Source of the DNA: Candidatus Limnocylindria bacterium
GTDB lineage: Bacteria > Chloroflexota > Limnocylindria > P2-11E
Reading direction: 5' to 3'
Assembly: GCA_035543375.1 (NCBI GenBank)
Contig: DASZZF010000012.1
Location: 68,323-132,322 of the forward strand
Length of the DNA: 64,000 bases
Positions 17,244 through 24,180 of this stretch are shown one piece after another; position 1 is the first letter of the stretch, and each line of letters begins with the position of its first letter. The notes under the pieces are model-generated. The model saw only the letters and a program-made list of their open reading frames with translations. It made no database searches and was not told where the DNA came from. The position numbers and the translations under genes were made by a program.

Positions 17244-19163
17244 CTAGCTCTGCTCTTTGAACTCGCCCTCGATCGTGTCGTCCTTCTTCGCGGAGTCGGT
17301 CCCCGCGGTGGCCCCCGCGGGCTCGCCCTCGGGCTGACCCCGCTGGCCGGCGGCCTGCTCGGCCTTGTACATCGCCTCGCCGATCTTCTGCCCGGACTGC
17401 CGAAGCGCCTCGGTGGCGGACTTGATCGTCTCGGTGTCGTCGGTCTTGAGCGCGCCGCGCAACGCCGCGATCTTCTCCTCGACGTCGGTCTTCACCTCGG
17501 CGGGCACCTTGTCGCCCGCGTCCTTGAGCGCCTTCTCGGACTGGTAGGCGAGGTTGTCCCCCTCGTTGCGCGTCTCGATCCGCTCGCGGTTGCGGCGATC
17601 CTCCTCGGCGTGGGCCTGCGCGTCGCGGACGAGCTTCTCGACCTCGTCCTTGGCCAAGCCGCTCGAGGCGGTGATCGTGACGTGCTGCTCCTTGCTGCTG
17701 GCCTTGTCCTTCGCGCGAACGTTCACGATGCCGTTCGCGTCGATGTCGAACGAGACTTCGACCTGCGGCACACCACGAGGAGCCGGCGGGATGCCGTCGA
17801 GGATGAACTTCGCGAGGCTCTTGTTGTCCGCGGCGAGCTCGCGCTCGCCCTGGACGACGTTGATCTCGACCTGGGTCTGACCGTCGGCCGCCGTCGTGAA
17901 GACCTGCGACTTCGAGGTCGGGATGGTGGTGTTCCGTTCGATGAGCTTCGTGGCCACGCCGCCCAAGGTCTCGATGCCGAGCGACAGCGGCGTCACGTCG
18001 AGGAGCAGAACGTCCTTCACCTCGCCCTTCAGCACGCCGCCCTGAATCGCCGCGCCGATCCCGACGACCTCGTCGGGGTTGACGCTCTTATTGGGCTCCT
18101 TGCCGAAGAGCTTCTTCACCGCCTCGACGACCAGCGGCATGCGGGTCATGCCGCCAACCAGGATCACCTCGTCCACCTTGTCTGGGCTCACCTCGGCGTC
18201 CTTGAGGCACTGCCGGACGGGCCCGAGGGTCTTCTCGACGAACTCGCCGACGAGCTGCTCGAGCTTGCTGCGGGTGAGCGTGATGACGAGGTGCTTCGGA
18301 CCGGACTGGTCGGCCGTGATGAACGGCAGATTCACCTCGGTCTGCTGCGTCGAGCTGAGCTCGATCTTCGCCTTTTCGGCGGCCTCCTTCAGACGCTGCA
18401 GCGCCTGGCGGTCGTTGCGAAGGTCGATGCCCTGATCCTTCTTGAACTCGTCGATGAGCCACTCGATGACCCGCTGGTCGAAATCGTCACCGCCGAGGTG
18501 CGTGTCACCGTTCGTCGCCTTCACTTCGAAGACGCCGTCGCCGAGCTGGAGGATCGAGATGTCGAACGTGCCACCGCCGAGGTCGTAGACCGCGACCATC
18601 TCGTCCTTCTTCTTGTCAAGCCCGTAGGCCAGGGCCGCCGACGTCGGCTCGTTGATGATGCGCAGGACCTCGAGGCCGGCGATCTGACCAGCGTCTTTGG
18701 TCGCTTGGCGCTGGTTATCGTCAAAGTACGCCGGGACGGTGATGACCGCCTGTGTCACTTTCTCGCCGAGGAACGCTTCGGCATCCGCCTTGAGCTTGCC
18801 GAGGATCATCGCCGAGACCTCGGGCGCTGAGAGGTGCTTTCCGTCCGCGAGGACGACGTCGACCCCGCCGTGGGAGTTCTCGGCGATCTTGTACGGGACG
18901 AGGCCCTTCGAACGGCCGACCTCGGGATCGCTGAAGCGTCGGCCCATGAACCGCTTGATGCTGTAGATCGTGTTCTCGGCGTTGGTGATCGACTGGCGTT
19001 TCGCGACCTGGCCGACCAGACGCTCGCCGGTCTTGGTGAACGCGACGACCGACGGTGTGATCCGGCCGCCTTCCGCGTTCGGGATGATCGTGGGCTCGCC
19101 GCCCTCCATGTAGGCGACGGCCGAGTTCGTGGTCCCGAGATCGATACCGATGACCTTTGGCAT
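17244..19163 (-). CDS. dnaK: Chaperone DnaK (Hsp70)
   Basis: [22 protein letters not shown]...DLGGGTFD... with the SD sequence AAAGGGGAG upstream of ATG 19163. The track start at 19397 is an Arg-rich extension across grpE. Confidence 0.97.
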   Translation of the reverse strand: MPKVIGIDLGTTNSAVAYMEGGEPTIIPNAEGGRITPSVVAFTKTGERLVGQVAKRQSITNAENTIYSIKRFMGRRFSDPEVGRSKGLVPYKIAENSHGGVDVVLADGKHLSAPEVSAMILGKLKADAEAFLGEKVTQAVITVPAYFDDNQRQATKDAGQIAGLEVLRIINEPTSAALAYGLDKKKDEMVAVYDLGGGTFDISILQLGDGVFEVKATNGDTHLGGDDFDQRVIEWLIDEFKKDQGIDLRNDRQALQRLKEAAEKAKIELSSTQQTEVNLPFITADQSGPKHLVITLTRSKLEQLVGEFVEKTLGPVRQCLKDAEVSPDKVDEVILVGGMTRMPLVVEAVKKLFGKEPNKSVNPDEVVGIGAAIQGGVLKGEVKDVLLLDVTPLSLGIETLGGVATKLIERNTTIPTSKSQVFTTAADGQTQVEINVVQGERELAADNKSLAKFILDGIPPAPRGVPQVEVSFDIDANGIVNVRAKDKASSKEQHVTITASSGLAKDEVEKLVRDAQAHAEEDRRNRERIETRNEGDNLAYQSEKALKDAGDKVPAEVKTDVEEKIAALRGALKTDDTETIKSATEALRQSGQKIGEAMYKAEQAAGQRGQPEGEPAGATAGTDSAKKDDTIEGEFKEQS

Positions 19164-19177
19164 GTGCGTACTCCCCT

Positions 19178-19726
19178 TTACTTGGCCTTCGCCACGGCCA
19201 CGAGCGCGGGACGGATGACCCGGTCGTGGAGGCGATACGCCTTTTGGAATTCTTCGATGACGGTGCCGTCGGGCTGCTCCGATTCGACGTGCGAGACGGC
19301 CTCGTGCACGTACGGGTCGAACGGCTTCCCAAGCGAGTCGATCGGCTCGAGCCCTTCGGCCTCGAGGATCGAACGCAGCTTCCGCTCGACGAGCCACATG
19401 CCCTCGACCCAGGGCTGCTTCTTCGCCTCGTCCGGGACAGTCGCGAGGGCCCGGTCGTAGCCGTCCAGCACGTCGAGCAGCTTGGCGATGAGGTCGGCCT
19501 TCGCGAACTTGGCGAACTCGACCCGCTCCGCGTCGTTGCGCTTGCGATAGTTCGCGAAGTCGGCGGCGAGTCGCTGAAGGTCGCGGGTGAGATCAGCCGC
19601 CTCGGCCGGCTCGACCTCGGACCCACCGTCAACGGTCTCGTCCGCCGTCGCGGCCGCGCCGTTCGGTTTGCGGGTCTTCATGCGCTGTTCGAGCAGCTCT
19701 TCTGCGCGCCTGCGCTGGTCGTCCAT
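19178..19726 (-). CDS. grpE: Nucleotide exchange factor GrpE
   Basis: [12 protein letters not shown]...FDPYVHEAV...[13 protein letters not shown]. Confidence 0.95.
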   Translation of the reverse strand: MDDQRRRAEELLEQRMKTRKPNGAAATADETVDGGSEVEPAEAADLTRDLQRLAADFANYRKRNDAERVEFAKFAKADLIAKLLDVLDGYDRALATVPDEAKKQPWVEGMWLVERKLRSILEAEGLEPIDSLGKPFDPYVHEAVSHVESEQPDGTVIEEFQKAYRLHDRVIRPALVAVAKAK

Positions 19727-19728
19727 GG

Positions 19729-20754
19729 CTAGTTCCCCTCGACCACACGCACGAGATCGCTCATCAGCCGGCCCACGAAGCGAACCGCACCAATCGATCG
19801 CGCGTAGTCCATGCGCCTGGGACCGACGATGCCGACATACCCGACGAACCCGGTCGCGCCCCCGTACCGCCCGAACACGAGGCTGCAGTCCTGCAGCGGC
19901 TCGAAGCGGTTCTCGGCGCCGATCGCCACATGAACGTCATCACCAAAAATCGCGGGCGGCAGGAGCTCGGCCAGCCGGGTGCGGTCTTCCAGCAGGGCGA
20001 CCATCTCGCGAACCCGCCCGCCCTCGCCGAACTCCGGCTGGGCCAGAATGTTCTGGATCCCGTCGTAATAGACATCGTGTCCGCGCGCGGCCTCGGCCTC
20101 CTGGAGCATGCGCGCCACGCCGCTCGCGATCTGGGCCGCGAGCCCGCGCTCGCTCCGCGCGCAGGTAGCAGCCGTGGCCGCGTCGCTGCCGCGGAGCGTG
20201 TCCGAGAGACGTTGGCTAAGGGTGCGGAGCTCGTCCGGGGTCGTCGGCTGATCGAGATCCAGGAGCTGCTGGCGGACCGCGCCGCCCTCGAGGACCGCAA
20301 CGAGCAGGGCGCGACGCTCGTGGATCGGGACGGCCTCGACGTGCTTCAAGATGGTCGTGATCCCAGCCGGCGGCGTCACGATGGCTGCCTCCGCGGTGAG
20401 CCGCGCGAGCGTGGAGGCCGCGAGACGCAGCCATTCGGCGGTGTCGCGCTGGGCCTGCTGGAACTGATGGCTGACCGTGAGCTGCTCATCGGGCTGGAGC
20501 GTGGTCCGCGGCATCAGGCTCTCGATGAAGTACCGGTACCCAAGGTCGGTCGGGACCCGGCCAGCCGAGGTGTGCGGGTGCGTGAGCAGGCCGAGCTCCT
20601 CGAGGGTGGCGAGCTCGCTCCGGACCGTTGCCGGGGAGAGGGGCAGCCGGTAGCGCCGGACGAGCGCGCCCGAAGCGACGGGCTGCGCCGTCGCAATGAA
20701 ATCGCGGATCACCGCGCGCAGGATCTCCCGCTGGCGGTCCGCCAGATGCGGCAA
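19729..20754 (-). CDS. hrcA: Heat-inducible transcription repressor HrcA
   Basis: DRQREILRAVIRDFIATAQPVASGALV is the typical HrcA N-terminus. I prefer the TTG at 20754, with AAGGA 10 nt upstream. The track TTG at 20784 directly abuts CIRCE and leaves no room for an RBS. Confidence 0.9.
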   Translation of the reverse strand: MPHLADRQREILRAVIRDFIATAQPVASGALVRRYRLPLSPATVRSELATLEELGLLTHPHTSAGRVPTDLGYRYFIESLMPRTTLQPDEQLTVSHQFQQAQRDTAEWLRLAASTLARLTAEAAIVTPPAGITTILKHVEAVPIHERRALLVAVLEGGAVRQQLLDLDQPTTPDELRTLSQRLSDTLRGSDAATAATCARSERGLAAQIASGVARMLQEAEAARGHDVYYDGIQNILAQPEFGEGGRVREMVALLEDRTRLAELLPPAIFGDDVHVAIGAENRFEPLQDCSLVFGRYGGATGFVGYVGIVGPRRMDYARSIGAVRFVGRLMSDLVRVVEGN

Positions 20755-20784
20755 CGACCCACGGTCCTTATCGATTTGAGGCAA

Positions 20785-20811
20785 TTAGCACTCTCCCGCT
20801 GAGAGTGCCAA
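20785..20811 (-). promoter_or_regulatory. CIRCE operator (TTAGCACTC-N9-GAGTGCCAA)
   Basis: Matches the consensus TTAGCACTC-N9-GAGTGCTAA at 17 of 18 positions. It lies immediately upstream of hrcA-grpE-dnaK. Confidence 0.88.
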
Positions 20812-20812
20812 G

Positions 20813-20841
20813 AGCGTACCAGCGCCCCGACCGCCGGTCAA
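20813..20841 (-). promoter_or_regulatory. Putative sigma-A promoter of the hrcA operon (TTGACC-17 nt-TACGCT)
   Basis: Read on the minus strand. The -10 element ends 1 nt before CIRCE, the classical arrangement for HrcA-repressed promoters. Confidence 0.6.
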
Positions 20842-20953
20842 TGGGAGCGGCGATCCGGCGATCCAGGGTCTGCCGCCCGTGGCAACCAGCATGCATGCAG
20901 GCATGACGAGTCTCGGGCGGCGCAGGCGCCTAGGCGTAGGAGGGATCTTCACC

Positions 20954-21385
20954 ATGTGGTCCGAATTCAAGGCATTCCTGGTCAAGACCAACGTGCTCGT
21001 GCTCGCGATCGCGTTCATCCTCGGCGTGGCGTTCGCCGCGGTCGTCTCGTCACTGGTGAAGGACGTCATCATGCCGCCCGTCGGCATGCTGCTCGGGAAG
21101 GTCGACTTCTCGAATCTCTATATCAATCTCTCGGGCGGTAGCTACCCGTCGCTCGCGGAAGCCCAGAAGGCCGGTGCGGCGACCGTCAACTACGGGATCT
21201 TCGTCAACACGCTCGTCGCGTTCGTGATCGTCGCGTTCGTCGTGTTCCTGATCGCGAAAGCGCTCATCAAGCCAAGTCCCGCCGAGCGCGCCTGCCCGTA
21301 CTGCGCGCTGTCGATCCCGACGAGCGCCAGCCGTTGCGGGCACTGCACGAGCCAGCTCGGAAGCACGAGCGCCGGACCGGCCTAG
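20954..21385 (+). CDS. mscL: Large-conductance mechanosensitive channel MscL with C-terminal CxxC...CxxC zinc-ribbon tail
   Basis: MWSEFKAFLVKTNVLVLAIAFILGVAF...VIMPPVG is the MscL TM1 region. AGGAGGG lies upstream of ATG 20954. The tail is ACPYCALSIPTSASRCGHC. Confidence 0.9.
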   Translation: MWSEFKAFLVKTNVLVLAIAFILGVAFAAVVSSLVKDVIMPPVGMLLGKVDFSNLYINLSGGSYPSLAEAQKAGAATVNYGIFVNTLVAFVIVAFVVFLIAKALIKPSPAERACPYCALSIPTSASRCGHCTSQLGSTSAGPA

Positions 21386-21828
21386 AGCGTCGTGCGCGAC
21401 TCGGTGGGTGCCGGATCCTCCTGCCGCGAGGCGAGGACGCTGCGGACGCGCTGGATGAGCTCGTCGAGCTCGAATGGCTTCGTCAGGTAATCCGCCGCGC
21501 CGAGCTCGGTCGCGTAGAGCCGCTCTGACAGCCCGAAGATCGCCGTCACGACGATGACCGGGAGCGTTGCGATGCGGCCATCCGCGCGCAGCTCGCGCAG
21601 GACGCTGAAGCCATCGCGTCTGGGCATCATCAGGTCGAGGATCATGGCCGCCGGCGAGACCTGATCGACCAGGCGCATCGCCTGATCGCCGTCGCGCGCG
21701 AGTTTCGCGTCGAGGCCCTCGTCCTTGAGGAACGTGACCATGGCGTCGCCGAGGTCGGGGTCGTCCTCGACCACGAGGATGAGCGCCTTCCGGGCCCGCG
21801 CCACGTTAGACCCTGATCTCCTTGGCAA
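21382..21828 (-). CDS. Single-domain (CheY-like) response regulator
   Basis: Receiver motifs LVVEDDPD, ILDLMMPRRDG and TKPF, with no output domain. Confidence 0.85.
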   Translation of the reverse strand: MPRRSGSNVARARKALILVVEDDPDLGDAMVTFLKDEGLDAKLARDGDQAMRLVDQVSPAAMILDLMMPRRDGFSVLRELRADGRIATLPVIVVTAIFGLSERLYATELGAADYLTKPFELDELIQRVRSVLASRQEDPAPTESRTTL

Positions 21829-22564
21829 GCCCTGCGGGATCGCGGATCGCGATCTTCCGCCGCCTGATGCTGATGAGCTCGCGCCGCTCGAGATCGCCGA
21901 GGACGCGGTTCACCGAGACGCGCGACGCCCCCGTGAATGACGCGAGTTCGTCTTGCGTCAGCGCGAGCTCGAGCTCGCCGGTGCCTGCGGTCGCACTCAC
22001 CTGGGCCAGGTCCAGCAGGTATTTGGCCACGCGGCTCGGCACGTCCAGGAAGATGAGGTCTTCGACCCGGTCGGAGAGGCGGCGGACCGTCTTCGCGAGG
22101 GCTTCCAGGACCACCTTCGTCGCGGCCGGGTTCGCCTCGACGAAGGCCAGGAAGTCGTCGCCGGCGAGCAGCGCGCAGCGGCTGTCCTCGAGCGCGGTCG
22201 CGGTCGCCGAACGCGGGCTTCGGTCGAGGAGCGCCAGCTCCCCGAAGAATTCGCCGCTCCGCAACAGCGCGACGAGCGCTTCTTGCCCGAACTCGCCCGG
22301 CAGCGCGATCTTCACGGCGCCCTCGAGCACGACATAGAGGAATTGCCCGGCGTCGTCCTTGCGGAAGATCGTGTCGCCGCGCTTGAACGCCTTCGTCCGA
22401 GCGCGTTCCGCGAGGACAGCGAGATCGGGCCCGGCGAGATTCGCGAACAGCGGCACGCGACGCAGGTATTGGACGAGCTGGAGGTCCGTCACGATGGACA
22501 CGCTACCGCACGCTGCCGGCGCCGAGCCCTTCAGGCCCTGCAGGCCGCGAAGCGCCTCGATCAT
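21806..22564 (-). CDS. Crp/Fnr-family transcriptional regulator
   Basis: cNMP-binding domain (FGELALLDRSPRSATATA) plus a C-terminal HTH (ELASFTGASRVSVNRVLGDLE). The start was moved to ATG 22564; the track start at 22825 is an extension antisense to the next gene. Confidence 0.85.
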   Translation of the reverse strand: MIEALRGLQGLKGSAPAACGSVSIVTDLQLVQYLRRVPLFANLAGPDLAVLAERARTKAFKRGDTIFRKDDAGQFLYVVLEGAVKIALPGEFGQEALVALLRSGEFFGELALLDRSPRSATATALEDSRCALLAGDDFLAFVEANPAATKVVLEALAKTVRRLSDRVEDLIFLDVPSRVAKYLLDLAQVSATAGTGELELALTQDELASFTGASRVSVNRVLGDLERRELISIRRRKIAIRDPAGLAKEIRV

Positions 22565-22579
22565 CCCGGGGCAGCGTAG

Positions 22580-22601
22580 CCGTCCGGACGCCGTCCGGAC
22601 G
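22580..22601. repeat. Tandem 11-nt repeat CCGTCCGGACG x2, each containing the 10-bp palindrome CGTCCGGACG
   Basis: Read directly from the sequence. It lies in the 69-nt divergent intergenic region between the Crp-family gene and the 22634 gene. Confidence 0.75.
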
Positions 22602-22633
22602 CCCCTTGACGCCACGGGCATCATTGGCGGCCC

Positions 22634-23599
22634 ATGCCGGTCGGCTACATCTCGGGCGCGCTCACCGCCGTCGGCGACGGCGGGCGGATGCGTGTCTTCT
22701 ACGAGCTGCTCGCGGAGATCGCGAGCGACTGCGGGCTCGATCCGTACCTTCCGCATCAGGCGACGGACCCGGTCGCCAACCCGGATCTCGATCCGCGGAG
22801 CGTGTACGAGATCGACCGCGGGCACGTGTCACGGAGCGCGCTCGTCATCGCGTATGCGGGCTCGCCGTCGTTCGGGGTCGGCATCGAGGTCGAGATGGCC
22901 CGCGAGCAGGGCATCCCGGTGATCCTCGTCGCCGAGCGCGATCAGGTCGTGTCGCGGATCCTGCTCGGTTCGCCGGCGGTCGTCGACGTGGTGCGCTTCA
23001 CGGATCTCGCCGCGCTACGGCGATCCCTCGGCGAGGCAATCGGACAGGTCGTGCGGGAGGCGACTGCGAAGGTGGCGACCGATGCGATCGTCCAGCGGTT
23101 CCTCGGCAGCCTCGGCGCCGCACGGCACCTGCCCGATGCGGAGGTCGCCGCGTTGTTGCGGGTCGCCGAGCTGGATGGCGAGCCGGCGGCCGCGATCCGC
23201 GCGGCGATATCCGCGGGCCGGCTCTTCGGCGCCGGTCTCCGCGACCTCGTGGGCCGTCACGCGCTCCGGGGCCCCGAGCTCGCCGCGTTCGTGCTGTACG
23301 ACATCCTCGAGCGTCCGTTCAATGACGCCGCCCGGATCCTCGGTTGCGACGCCCGGACCGCACGCCGGCGGGTCACCGCTGCCCGGGGCCGGCTCCAGCT
23401 GGCGGATAACGCGGAGCGGGCAGTCATAGGACAATGGCTCGTGACCGAGCTCATCGCGCCGCCTACGCGCGCACTGCAGCTCCGTCTGTTCGCCGGGGCG
23501 ACGCCGCAGAAAGTGGAGAACGATGAGCAAGGGACAACGGAAGCAGAAGACCGTCGGCAAGCTGGGCTGGCGGTCGAAGAAGGCGAACCACGGGCGTAA
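22634..23599 (+). CDS. Nucleoside 2-deoxyribosyltransferase-like domain fused to a sigma-70 region-4-type HTH
   Basis: The N-terminus (VGYISGAL...SALVIAYAGSPSFGVGIEVEMAREQGIPVILV) has the NDT/DUF4406-like pattern. The C-terminus (LAAFVLYDILERPFNDAARILGCDARTARRRVTAARGRL) looks like ECF sigma region 4. The last ~25 codons have poor GC3 and overlap the small ORF. Confidence 0.65.
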   Translation: MPVGYISGALTAVGDGGRMRVFYELLAEIASDCGLDPYLPHQATDPVANPDLDPRSVYEIDRGHVSRSALVIAYAGSPSFGVGIEVEMAREQGIPVILVAERDQVVSRILLGSPAVVDVVRFTDLAALRRSLGEAIGQVVREATAKVATDAIVQRFLGSLGAARHLPDAEVAALLRVAELDGEPAAAIRAAISAGRLFGAGLRDLVGRHALRGPELAAFVLYDILERPFNDAARILGCDARTARRRVTAARGRLQLADNAERAVIGQWLVTELIAPPTRALQLRLFAGATPQKVENDEQGTTEAEDRRQAGLAVEEGEPRA

Positions 23600-23630
23600 G
23601 CCCGGGATGGGTCGCGGCAAGCGTAACTAG
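23523..23630 (+). CDS. 35-aa highly basic small protein, possibly related to actinobacterial ribosomal protein bL37
   Basis: Below the track cutoff. The sequence is MSKGQRKQKTVGKLGWRSKKANHGRKPGMGRGKRN. GTGGAGAA lies 4 nt upstream, GC3 is far better than in the overlapping frame, and a 15-bp hairpin follows. The KANHG(R/K)(K/R)P motif is recalled from bL37. Confidence 0.45.
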   Translation: MSKGQRKQKTVGKLGWRSKKANHGRKPGMGRGKRN

Positions 23631-23652
23631 CGCGCCGATCGGACCCAAACGA

Positions 23653-23685
23653 GGAGCCGCCCCGGCCGATGGCCGGGGCGGCTCC
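23653..23685. terminator. Perfect 15-bp GC-rich hairpin (GGAGCCGCCCCGGCC-gat-GGCCGGGGCGGCTCC), probable bidirectional terminator
   Basis: It sits between the convergent small ORF (ends 23630) and the KKTTA-repeat gene (ends 23718). There is no U-tract. Confidence 0.65.
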
Positions 23686-23717
23686 ACTGTGTCGCCTATG
23701 TCGCCCAGGTCGCGGGA

Positions 23718-24083
23718 CTAACTCCGCCTACGCGTCGATTTCCTGCGGGCGGTGGTCTTCCGGGCGGTGGTCTTCCGGGCGGTGGTCTTTTTGCGCGTCG
23801 TCGCCTTCTTGCGCGCGGTGGTCTTCTTGCGGCCCGCGGGCTTTTTCGTCGCGGTGGTCTTCCGGCGGGTCGTCTTCTTCGCGGCGGTCGTCGTCTTCTT
23901 CTTCGCGGCGGTCGTCTTCTTGCGCGCGCCCGCGGCCGTCGCGCGCTTCGGCGCGGCGGCCGAGCCGCCGGGTGCGGCCAGCGGGGCCGGCGGGGGTGGG
24001 GTCACGGGCATCGGGGGCGGCCAGCTCGACGCAGGCTCCCGCTCCGGCGAAGACCAGGTACCGCCGCGATTTCCCTGTTCCAT
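23718..24083 (-). CDS. Disordered, lysine/arginine/threonine-rich histone H1-like basic protein
   Basis: MEQGNRGG...PPPMPVTPPPPAP... is followed by KKTTA/RKTTA repeats. GGAGGA lies 4 nt upstream of ATG 24083, with an alternative ATG at 24101. This is the 3' part of track ORF 23718..24665. Confidence 0.6.
   Translation of the reverse strand: MEQGNRGGTWSSPEREPASSWPPPMPVTPPPPAPLAAPGGSAAAPKRATAAGARKKTTAAKKKTTTAAKKTTRRKTTATKKPAGRKKTTARKKATTRKKTTARKTTARKTTARRKSTRRRS
23746..23790. repeat. Three tandem 15-nt units (CGGGCGGTGGTCTTC), with degenerate copies continuing to about 23930
   Basis: Read directly. This is a coding repeat giving RKTTA units on the minus strand, not a CRISPR array (no spacers). 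Confidence 0.8.
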
Positions 24084-24180
24084 TGGGTCCTCCACATTCA
24101 TCGTGCGTTCGCGAGAAGGCATACCGCGTTCTGTCGATGGCCGCAAGCCGCAACTCGAAGGAACCGATCGCGGCGAGTCG

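Noticed and set aside
17610-18830. 406-aa plus-strand ORF
   Set aside because: It is antisense to dnaK.
19164-19397. 78-aa extension of dnaK
   Set aside because: It overlaps grpE. The canonical [15 protein letters not shown]-terminus with a strong SD begins at 19163.
22606-22611. TTGACG hexamer upstream of the 22634 gene, considered as a -35 element
   Set aside because: No acceptable -10 hexamer lies 16-19 nt downstream on the plus strand, so I cannot support a promoter call.
23746-23930. Short tandem DNA repeats that could suggest a CRISPR array
   Set aside because: The 15-nt units abut each other with no spacers, lie inside a coding frame (RKTTA units), and no cas genes are present.
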